Assembly: GCA_018303325.1 (NCBI GenBank)
Contig: JAGVYH010000002.1
Coordinates: 17,246-81,245, forward strand
DNA from: Candidatus Woesearchaeota archaeon
GTDB lineage: Archaea; Nanobdellota; Nanobdellia; Woesearchaeales; DSVV01
Direction of reading: 5' to 3'
Length of the DNA: 64,000 nt
The notes below the pieces were generated by a model. It did not search any database. It had not been told where the DNA came from and saw nothing but the letters and a program-made list of their open reading frames with translations. A program made the translations under genes and the position numbers. Shown here one piece after another: positions 39,949 to 48,335 of the stretch. Numbering within the stretch: the stretch's first letter is position 1; each line of letters begins with the position of its first letter.

Positions 39949-41031
39949 ATGAAAGCCGCAGTTATAAGTTTAGGAAGTGTAAGTTCGCAATGGACAATTG
40001 AAGCTATGAAAACCTATTTTAAGGTTGTTGATGCTATTGATATAAGGGGATTAGAGGTAAAGTTAGGAAAAAAAAATATTGAAATTCTTTACAACAGCAA
40101 ACAGTTAGGTGAATATGACTGTATTTACGCAAAAGGCTCGTTTAGGTATGCGCAAATATTAAGGGTTTTAACAACTGCATATTCTCATAAATGTTATCTT
40201 CCATTAAAAGCAGAAACATTTACTTTAGGCCATAACAAGCTTCTGACACAATTAAAACTGCAGGAAGCTGGAATTCCTATGCCAAAAACTTATCTTACAT
40301 CAACAACAATATCTGCTAAAAATCTTTTAGAAAGTATTACTTACCCTATTATTATGAAATTCCCAGAAGGTTCACATGGCAAGGGCGTGATGTATGCTGA
40401 CAGTTATGCTGGTGCAAACTCAATCCTTGATGCATTAACAACCCTTAACCAGCCGTTTATTATCCAAGAATATATTGAAACAGAGGGAACAGATATACGT
40501 GCATTTGTTGTCGGCAATAAAGTTGTTGCATCAATGAAAAGAAAGGCAGCGAAAGAAGAAAAAAGGTCAAATATCCATGCTGGCGGCACAGGAGAAGCAA
40601 TTGAATTAGACAGCCAAACAAAAAAGATTGCGATAAAAACAGCGAAAGCACTTGGGTGTGATATTTGCGGTGTAGATATTCTGGAAAGCGGTTTAGGGCC
40701 TTTGGTTATAGAAGTTAATTTAAGCCCAGGGCTGCAAGGGATTACTAAATCAACAAAAATTAATATTGCTGACAAGATTGCAAAGTTTTTGTTTGAGAAA
40801 GCATCTGAATTCAAAAATTATATGGAAGGAAAGGTTAAAACATCTGAAATATTGAATGAGTGCGGGATTGACAGAGAAAAGCATAATGATAAAGAAATTA
40901 TAGCCAACTTATCTTTGAGAGGAAAAAAGATAGTTCTGCCTGAAATTATTACAGAGATTAGTGATTTTGACGAGAACCAAGAAGTAACTATTTCTGCCAG
41001 CAAAGGCAAGGTTGTTATTAAGAAGTTTTGA
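39949..41031 (+). CDS. RimK-family ATP-grasp peptide ligase with C-terminal extension
   Basis: Pre-ATP-grasp and ATP-grasp motifs. Confidence 0.8.
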   Translation: MKAAVISLGSVSSQWTIEAMKTYFKVVDAIDIRGLEVKLGKKNIEILYNSKQLGEYDCIYAKGSFRYAQILRVLTTAYSHKCYLPLKAETFTLGHNKLLTQLKLQEAGIPMPKTYLTSTTISAKNLLESITYPIIMKFPEGSHGKGVMYADSYAGANSILDALTTLNQPFIIQEYIETEGTDIRAFVVGNKVVASMKRKAAKEEKRSNIHAGGTGEAIELDSQTKKIAIKTAKALGCDICGVDILESGLGPLVIEVNLSPGLQGITKSTKINIADKIAKFLFEKASEFKNYMEGKVKTSEILNECGIDREKHNDKEIIANLSLRGKKIVLPEIITEISDFDENQEVTISASKGKVVIKKF

Positions 41032-41062
41032 GTATTGTTTTAGAGTGTTGTTTTATATTGAT

Positions 41063-41158
41063 TATATACTAAAAGTGATTAATTTCCGAACAAATTAATC
41101 ACTTTTGTATATACAAAAGTGCAAAATAATGTTCGATTATTTTGCACTTTTAGTATAT
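41063..41158. repeat. Family A copy A3, inverted orientation with compensatory stem substitutions
   Basis: GCAATTAATT/AATTAATTGC in A1 is GTGATTAATT/AATTAATCAC here. GCACAAAATAAT/ATTATTTTGTGC is GTGCAAAATAAT/ATTATTTTGCAC. Confidence 0.7.
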
Positions 41159-41185
41159 TATAAACGTATAAAATTAAAAGATACT

Positions 41186-41266
41186 ATGAATTTATTCTTC
41201 ATGAGACTGTGGACTGCGTCCCACAAACTGGTTGAGAGCGGATTTACCATTAAGGTTAGTGGGTAC
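41186..41266 (+). repeat. Family B 3' module only (B5)
   Basis: TTCATGAGACTGTGGACTGCGTCCCACAAACTGGTTGAGAGCGG...GGTTAGTGGGTAC. Confidence 0.6.
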
Positions 41267-41423
41267 TAAACAATAAAAGACCTATTTTATATAAATTATA
41301 AGCATAAGACTTATATATGTGTTAAACACACATGATAATCAATAGTGTTTAGCATTGTGTTGTTCCTTTCCTTTCACAATGGAAATACTATGAACATTAT
41401 TCTATTTTAAAGGAGGGATATGT

Positions 41424-41807
41424 ATGGAAGAGCAACTAAAGAACGTGCTCATTGTTGATGATGAGCCGCATATTGTGAATTTGATTAAGCTTAGCTTAAA
41501 CAAAGACAAGTATAGTGTGATTGGCGCTTATTCTGCGAGAGAAGCATTGATGCACATTAATAAGACAACACCGGATATTGTTGTTTTAGACTTGATGATG
41601 CCTGGTGTAAATGGGTATGAACTATGCAAAGCATTAAGAGAAAACCCTAAAACACAGAATATACCTATTTTAATATTAAGCGCTAAGAGCCAGATGAATG
41701 ACAAACTGCATGCAATTGATGTAGGTGCAGATGATTACATGACAAAACCATTTGATCCGATGGAGCTTATTAAAAGAATCAAGCTAAACCTAAACATGGC
41801 ACAATAA
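41424..41807 (+). CDS. stand-alone response regulator receiver (CheY-like)
   Basis: VLIVDDEP, phospho-acceptor VVLDLMMPG and MTKPF motifs. Confidence 0.85.
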   Translation: MEEQLKNVLIVDDEPHIVNLIKLSLNKDKYSVIGAYSAREALMHINKTTPDIVVLDLMMPGVNGYELCKALRENPKTQNIPILILSAKSQMNDKLHAIDVGADDYMTKPFDPMELIKRIKLNLNMAQ

Positions 41808-41904
41808 ACAAAAAAAGGGATTGTTCGACATATAAAATTTTACATATGTTTTACGTTATCTCCAACGATATTTTACGTCTAACATTAAACATTCAATTAA
41901 ACAG

Positions 41905-42924
41905 GTGATTACCATAAAAAACAATAATGATGAAATAAAAGATAAAATAATTGAATTCCTGAAAACAACAACTATTGGAGAGCCATCTACTGAGATTTCC
42001 AAACAGATAGGGCATAACAGGTTAACTATCTCAAAATATCTGGAGGTTCTTCAGGCACAGGGCATTGTCACAAACCAGGAGATGGCACAGGCAAAACTGT
42101 GGAAACTTGCAGAGGAAGAAAAAATTCCCAGCATATTAATAGTCGACGATGAACCTCATGTAGTTAATCTTATCAAGCTAAGCCTAAACCCCGACAAATT
42201 CAAGGTATTTGAGGCATATTCAGGAAATGAAGCATTGGAAATAATAAGAAGCAACAAGATTGATTTAGTTGTTTTAGATTTAATGATGCCAGGAATGACT
42301 GGCTTTCAGGTCTGTAAAATTTTAAAACAAAACCCATTGACGTCAAATATTCACGTGATTATTTTAAGTGCAAAAGGCGAAATAAAAGATAAGATTAATG
42401 GTATAGAGCATGGCGCAGATGATTACATCACCAAACCATTTGATCCGCTGGAATTAGAAGCGAGGATAAGCTTAAGCCTAAAACATCCTGCAACTAATGA
42501 CTCCAAACATCCTGTAACAAAACTTCCAACAAAAAAAAATATCGAGGAGCAGCTGCATAATTTTATGTTTGAGAACAAGGATTTTCATGTATACAGCTTT
42601 AACTTAACTGGTCTTGACAAATTTGCAGAAAAGAAAGGGCATAAGAAAGTAAATGAGCTGCTTGTTTTGTTTACAAGACTGCTTAATAATAATATCTTGG
42701 AAAAAGAGTGTTTTTTAGGGCATACAATTTCAAACAGTTTTGTTGTTATCGGAGATATTAAAGGGCTTGACGACGAAATATCTAAAGAATTCAGGAAAAT
42801 ACTGCCGTACATCGATGAGCAGTCTCAAAGCTTAAAGCTGGATGTTAACAAGCTCAGCAATAAAGAGATACTGCAAAGAAATATTCATGCAACAGATGTG
42901 CTAAAAGAGATAAAAGTATCATAA
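41905..42924 (+). CDS. response regulator: winged-HTH, receiver and degenerate GGDEF-like domain
   Basis: N-terminal HTH (TISKYLEVL). REC domain (ILIVDDEP...VVLDLMMPG). C-terminal GGDEF fold start (LTGLDKFAEKKGHKKVNELL) with GGDEF replaced by ISNSF. GTG start. Confidence 0.7.
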   Translation: MITIKNNNDEIKDKIIEFLKTTTIGEPSTEISKQIGHNRLTISKYLEVLQAQGIVTNQEMAQAKLWKLAEEEKIPSILIVDDEPHVVNLIKLSLNPDKFKVFEAYSGNEALEIIRSNKIDLVVLDLMMPGMTGFQVCKILKQNPLTSNIHVIILSAKGEIKDKINGIEHGADDYITKPFDPLELEARISLSLKHPATNDSKHPVTKLPTKKNIEEQLHNFMFENKDFHVYSFNLTGLDKFAEKKGHKKVNELLVLFTRLLNNNILEKECFLGHTISNSFVVIGDIKGLDDEISKEFRKILPYIDEQSQSLKLDVNKLSNKEILQRNIHATDVLKEIKVS

Positions 42925-42943
42925 TTTTTTAGATTAAAAACAG

Positions 42944-44563
42944 TTGAGTTTAAAGTATATGGCACTTTCAGTAAAAAATAAACTGCTGGCAATGATTATG
43001 TTTTTAGTAGCTATGGCAGTATTTCTTTTTGGGGTTTATCTTCTTTATTTTTTTAATATAACACAATTTAATGCCACCGGCAATATTGTATTGGAAACTT
43101 CGCAAGAAAATACAAATGATAATAATAATAACCTAAAAAATATCAACAGTATCAACAACAATATAGGATTAGAAAATCTAATTATTGTAGGATTAGGAAT
43201 TATTGTGAGTTTGGCATTGGTTGGGTTAGCACTGATACAAATAATGATAAGACCATTGGATAAAGTGATTATTGGAACGCAGCTTGTTGCAAAAGGCGAG
43301 TTTCCTCAAATAGAAAAAACCAGCAACGACGAATTTGGAAGATTGGTTACTTCATTCAATCAAATGGTTGATAAGCTAAAAGAAGGAGAAAAAGAAGAAA
43401 AAAAAGCAAAAGGCATTGCAACAAAAGAAAAGACCAAGTCAGAACTGATTATAGAATCTATGGCTGAAGGGGTAATTGTCACAAACAAAGAACACAAGAT
43501 AAGCGTGTTCAACAAAGCAGCAGAGAATATATTTAACATTGAACAGAAAAAGGCATTAGGCCGGCACATACTGCAGCTAAACAAGTATGGAATTAATAAT
43601 ATTTATCTTGATCCGAAAAAGATTTGTGAAATTGATGAAAGTGTTGATGGGAAAATAAGCAAAGTATACAAAAATATTGAGTTTAAGATAAAACATCTTG
43701 ACAAAATCGTTGGCGCTACAATTTCTCCATTAACAGACGAGAAAGATAAGTTTTGCGGGTCTGTATGTGTGTTAAGAGATATAACAAACACAAAAAGAAC
43801 GGACAATATGAAGTCAGAGTTTATCAGCACAGTAAGCCATGAATTAAGAACCCCATTGACAAGCATAAAAGGCTACGCATCACTGCTTAATCTTGAGAAG
43901 CTTGGCAATATTAATTATCAGCAGTCAAATGCAATCAAAGTAATAAACCAAGAATCTGACAGGTTAATGGCAATAATAGACCAGCTGTTGGACATATCTA
44001 AATTAGAGGAAGGTTATAAGCTTAATATTCAAAAAACAAAGATTGGCGAATGCATAGATAATTCTCCTGCGCTTGAAACTGCAAAGAAAAAGAATATTTC
44101 TGTACAGAAAAACCTGCAAAATCTGCCTGAAATAGAAATCGACAAAAACAGGATAACAGATGTGTTTACCAATTTAATATGCAATGCGGTGAAATACAGT
44201 AAAGAAGGCAGCAGTATAAGGATTACAGCAAAAAAAAGAAATAAGAACATTCAATTCGATGTGATTGATAAGGGAATAGGAATAAAAAAAGATGATTTAA
44301 ATAAAGTATTTGAAAAATTTTATCAGGCAGAAGATCCTATGATAAGGCAGCAGGGCGGCTCTGGATTAGGGTTATCTATCGTCAAAAAAATCATAGAACT
44401 GCATAACGGCACAATAAATATACAAAGTGAATTTGGTTATGGGACAACTATTAGTTTTACGCTGCCATTGAAGTTCAATAATAATAAGATTAATGATGAT
44501 AATAAAAATAGTAAGTATAATAATTATAATTATATTAATAATCAAAGGGATAATAAGCTTTAA
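42944..44563 (+). CDS. sensor histidine kinase (TM-HAMP-PAS-HisKA-HATPase)
   Basis: H-box SHELRTPLTSIKGY and G-box GGSGLGLSIV. Asn-rich low-complexity tail. Confidence 0.9.
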   Translation: MSLKYMALSVKNKLLAMIMFLVAMAVFLFGVYLLYFFNITQFNATGNIVLETSQENTNDNNNNLKNINSINNNIGLENLIIVGLGIIVSLALVGLALIQIMIRPLDKVIIGTQLVAKGEFPQIEKTSNDEFGRLVTSFNQMVDKLKEGEKEEKKAKGIATKEKTKSELIIESMAEGVIVTNKEHKISVFNKAAENIFNIEQKKALGRHILQLNKYGINNIYLDPKKICEIDESVDGKISKVYKNIEFKIKHLDKIVGATISPLTDEKDKFCGSVCVLRDITNTKRTDNMKSEFISTVSHELRTPLTSIKGYASLLNLEKLGNINYQQSNAIKVINQESDRLMAIIDQLLDISKLEEGYKLNIQKTKIGECIDNSPALETAKKKNISVQKNLQNLPEIEIDKNRITDVFTNLICNAVKYSKEGSSIRITAKKRNKNIQFDVIDKGIGIKKDDLNKVFEKFYQAEDPMIRQQGGSGLGLSIVKKIIELHNGTINIQSEFGYGTTISFTLPLKFNNNKINDDNKNSKYNNYNYINNQRDNKL

Positions 44564-44577
44564 GAGGGAGGCAAAAA

Positions 44578-44952
44578 ATGGTTAAGACCCTTAAGATTCT
44601 TATTGCAGAGGATGAAGAAAATATAGTGAATCTTATCAGACTGATATTGGGCGATAAATATGAATTAGTTGTAGTAAATGACGGCGAGGAAGCAATTAAG
44701 CTGGCAGAGAACTTAAAACCTGATTTAATCATACTGGATGTAATGATGCCTAAGATAAACGGATTTCAGGTTTGTGAAACATTAAAGAAAGATAAAAGAA
44801 CTAACCAAATTAAAATAATCTTCCTCAGCGCAAAAGTGATGAAAAATGATGTCAGTAAAGGATTAAGCTGCGGCGCAATTGATTACATAAAAAAACCATT
44901 TGAGCCCGAAGAGTTTGAGAGGAGAATAAAATCTGCTATAGAACTAAGGTGA
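44578..44952 (+). CDS. stand-alone response regulator receiver
   Basis: ILIAEDEE, LIILDVMMP and IKKPF motifs. Confidence 0.85.
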   Translation: MVKTLKILIAEDEENIVNLIRLILGDKYELVVVNDGEEAIKLAENLKPDLIILDVMMPKINGFQVCETLKKDKRTNQIKIIFLSAKVMKNDVSKGLSCGAIDYIKKPFEPEEFERRIKSAIELR

Positions 44953-45080
44953 AATGAAAATTGACTGAAGAAATAAAGAGAATTGAAGAAAAAATTGAAG
45001 AGGCGAAAATATAGAGAAAATAGCAGATTACAACAATAGAGATTTGAACTTGTTTTGCTATTAATACAAATGGTGGGAAT

Positions 45081-48000
45081 ATGGAATATAAATTAAATAC
45101 TTGCTGTTTAATGTCAATTAATGAAATTATAGATATAATGAACCATGAAAAAGGCCATAAACAGCAATTATTAGAATTGGCAAAACACATTAATAGTATT
45201 ATACCCAATGATCATTTATCTTTTTCAACAGTTGATGAAGATAAAAGAATAGGTTCTCTTTACAATGTGCAAAGTGATATACACAGTAATAGCAAAAAAA
45301 AAGAACCTATAACAGAATATAATATTACTTATAAAAAAGAATCAAGAGAAGAGAATAACGAAACATTCAAGCAGGTTAATTCTATATTTTCATCACATGA
45401 AATAATTAATCATATATTGACAGAGAAAAAACCATTCATAATCCCATTTAATGAAAGTATATCAGATACACATATTAACAAAAAAAGAGCAGATAAGCAA
45501 ATAAAAGAATTATTAATCTGCCCTATTTTATACAATGATAAAATTATAGGGACTATTAATTTTACAAGTTATGAAGAAGAGGTATACAACAAAGGACATA
45601 TAGACTTTCTGAAAAGCATAACTGATTTATTAAACAGCTACACAACAAATATTTGGACCATACATAAATTAGAGGAAACTATTGAAAGATACAATGTATT
45701 ATTTGACACGTCTTCAAAAGGGATTATTATATGTGATGAAAAAGGATTAATAAAAACAATAAATGAGAAGTTTACAGAAATCGTCGAGATTTCAAAAGAG
45801 GAGCTGAAAGAAAAACAAGATGTAAAAGATGTATTTGGAGACGCAGTCAATAATGCTATTAACAAAGCAATAGAAAACAAGGATAAAAAAGAGAGCAGAC
45901 AAAAGGTAGTAAGGCTAAAAAAAATATATTTTGAGACAAGAAATGGTGAGAAGAAATTTATTGAGCTGAGCATTATTTTCTTAGCAAAAACAAAGGAGAT
46001 GCTGATTTCTGTATATGATGTTACCGCATTGTACGAAACAGAGAATAAACTAGAAGAACAGAATGCAATCTTCAAAAATTTGTACAGCATAAGCAAAGCT
46101 CTGCAAAATACTGATGACATGGAAGAAATATTTCAAATTACTATTAAGGCATTTAGAAATGAAGGTTATGACAGGGTAAGAATATATACTTATGACGAGG
46201 ATGAAAAGATTCTTATTGGAAAAAAAGCGTCTGATATAGATGATTCAGATATGGCAGATATAAAATTAAGAATTGAAGAAAAACACGAAAAGGTTTATCA
46301 CTGTTTTACTAAAAAGGAACCAATTATAACAAAAAACAAACAAACAACAACATTTTATAAGCTGTTAAAAAAAGAGGATGTTTTAGAGACAGCTAGCATT
46401 CCATTATTAAGCGGGGATAAGGTTCTTGGAATGGTAAGTCTCGACAACAAACAAAGCAAAAAACCGCTGCATATCGATGAATTAAATACACTTATACCTA
46501 TTGCCAATCAAATTGCAATTGCAATTGAAAATGCAATACTTCATCAGGAAGACAGAAAAAAATTAAAGAAGCTTACTGCAATGTATGATGTATCAATGTC
46601 TTTAAGCAAGATATTTGATTTGGAGAAGATTCTAAATCTGGTAATTATAAAGATTGTTAAAATTATAGGATGTGATATGTGCACTATTAACTTTCTTGAT
46701 GCGACCAAAGAATATTTTATTCCCAAATCAATATACAGCCACTCGCATGAATATTTTAAAAAAGGAAGAGTTTCAGTTAACCAAAGTGTTTGTGGCTTAG
46801 CAATAAAAACAAACCAGACAATCTTTATTGAGAATGTAATAAAAGAGCCATTATATGCCAATAAACTATTTGCGAAAAAAGAGCAGTTAAGAAGTATGTT
46901 AAGTATACCATTGATTACACAAGATGAAGCGATAGGAACAATCAATATTTATACAAAGAAGACAAAAAAATATTCAAAGGATGAGATAGACCTGCTTAAA
47001 GGCCTTGCAAACCAGGCTGCATTAAGTATAAGGAACTGCGAATTATACGACAACCTTAACAAAGAAATGGATGTTCTTTCAAATATATTAGAAACAAGCC
47101 AAAGCATAAATGCACAGCTTAACCTGGACAATTTACTTAAAATAACATTTGAAAAAACAATTGAATTAACTAAAGCAGATTCCGGCATTTTATTGCTCTT
47201 AAAGGATGATTTTCTCGAGATTAAATTAACAAAAGGATATGCAAAAGAAAAGGCAAGCATTATTAGAATCAAGAAAGATGAAGGAATATCCGGCTGGGTT
47301 GCAAGAAACGGAAAGCCTTTGATTATTGCAAATGTAAAAGATGACAAGCGATATGTAGAGATAAACAAGAAAACTGTTTCTGAGGCGGCAATACCACTGA
47401 TTAAGGCAGGAAAAGTTATTGGTGTCCTTAATTTTGAAAGCAGTAATTATGATAATTTCAGAAGGTTTGAGAAGCCATTAGAAATATTGACCAACCAAAT
47501 AGCTATTGCAATTGAAAATGCAAAGCTGTATCATGAAATCAGCCTGTTTAATGAAACCCTGAAAAACGAAGTTTACATGGCAACTAAAGAGCTCGTCGAG
47601 AAAAATAAAGAGCTTGAAAGAATGGCACAGCTCAAGTCTGATTTTGTCAGCAATGTAAGCCATGAATTAAGGACGCCATTGACAAGCATAAAAGGATACA
47701 GCAAATTACTGCTGGAAGGAAGGTTAGGTGAAGTTCCAGAGAAACAGGTTCAATGTTTAAAGATTATTCTTGAAGAAACTGACAGGCTGACAAGACTGAT
47801 TAATGAGATATTGGATCTTGCTAAGCTGGAGAAAGGAAAGGTTAAATTCAAAAAAGAAAAGATAAATATTGAAGAGGTTGCTCAAAAAGTGATTGAAACA
47901 TTAACTACATTGGCTGACGACAAGGATATTAAGATACATTTCACCCCAACAGGGAAGATATTTAATATTGCTGCCAGCCAAGATCTGATAAAACAGGTGT

Positions 48001-48329
48001 TTTTCAACCTTATCGGCAATGCAATCAAATTTACACCAAAGAAAGGCAGCATTTATGTGAATATTGAAAATATAGAAAATGAAATAAAAGTAACAATAAA
48101 AGACACAGGCATAGGAATAAAAAAAGAAATTGTACCAAAGATATTTGATAAGTTCTTTCAAGTTGACAGCTCAATGACAAGAGAGCATGGAGGCACAGGT
48201 TTAGGGCTGCCCATCTCGAAACATATCATTGATGCGCATAAAGGGAAGATTTTTGTCGAGAGCGAGGTAGGAAAAGGAAGCAGTTTTATATTTACACTGC
48301 CGATACAGAAAAAGATAGAAGAAGATTGA
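45081..48329 (+). CDS. large multi-sensor (GAF/PAS-rich) histidine kinase, 1082 aa
   Basis: Repeated GAF-like blocks. H-box SHELRTPLTSIKGY and HATPase GGTGLGLPISK at the C-terminus. Confidence 0.9.
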   Translation: MEYKLNTCCLMSINEIIDIMNHEKGHKQQLLELAKHINSIIPNDHLSFSTVDEDKRIGSLYNVQSDIHSNSKKKEPITEYNITYKKESREENNETFKQVNSIFSSHEIINHILTEKKPFIIPFNESISDTHINKKRADKQIKELLICPILYNDKIIGTINFTSYEEEVYNKGHIDFLKSITDLLNSYTTNIWTIHKLEETIERYNVLFDTSSKGIIICDEKGLIKTINEKFTEIVEISKEELKEKQDVKDVFGDAVNNAINKAIENKDKKESRQKVVRLKKIYFETRNGEKKFIELSIIFLAKTKEMLISVYDVTALYETENKLEEQNAIFKNLYSISKALQNTDDMEEIFQITIKAFRNEGYDRVRIYTYDEDEKILIGKKASDIDDSDMADIKLRIEEKHEKVYHCFTKKEPIITKNKQTTTFYKLLKKEDVLETASIPLLSGDKVLGMVSLDNKQSKKPLHIDELNTLIPIANQIAIAIENAILHQEDRKKLKKLTAMYDVSMSLSKIFDLEKILNLVIIKIVKIIGCDMCTINFLDATKEYFIPKSIYSHSHEYFKKGRVSVNQSVCGLAIKTNQTIFIENVIKEPLYANKLFAKKEQLRSMLSIPLITQDEAIGTINIYTKKTKKYSKDEIDLLKGLANQAALSIRNCELYDNLNKEMDVLSNILETSQSINAQLNLDNLLKITFEKTIELTKADSGILLLLKDDFLEIKLTKGYAKEKASIIRIKKDEGISGWVARNGKPLIIANVKDDKRYVEINKKTVSEAAIPLIKAGKVIGVLNFESSNYDNFRRFEKPLEILTNQIAIAIENAKLYHEISLFNETLKNEVYMATKELVEKNKELERMAQLKSDFVSNVSHELRTPLTSIKGYSKLLLEGRLGEVPEKQVQCLKIILEETDRLTRLINEILDLAKLEKGKVKFKKEKINIEEVAQKVIETLTTLADDKDIKIHFTPTGKIFNIAASQDLIKQVFFNLIGNAIKFTPKKGSIYVNIENIENEIKVTIKDTGIGIKKEIVPKIFDKFFQVDSSMTREHGGTGLGLPISKHIIDAHKGKIFVESEVGKGSSFIFTLPIQKKIEED

Positions 48330-48335
48330 GTAAGT

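Noticed and set aside
45638-47368. Several 130-160-aa minus-strand ORFs inside the 1082-aa histidine kinase gene
   Set aside because: Antisense shadow ORFs typical of AT-rich coding DNA. The plus-strand HK has full domain support.
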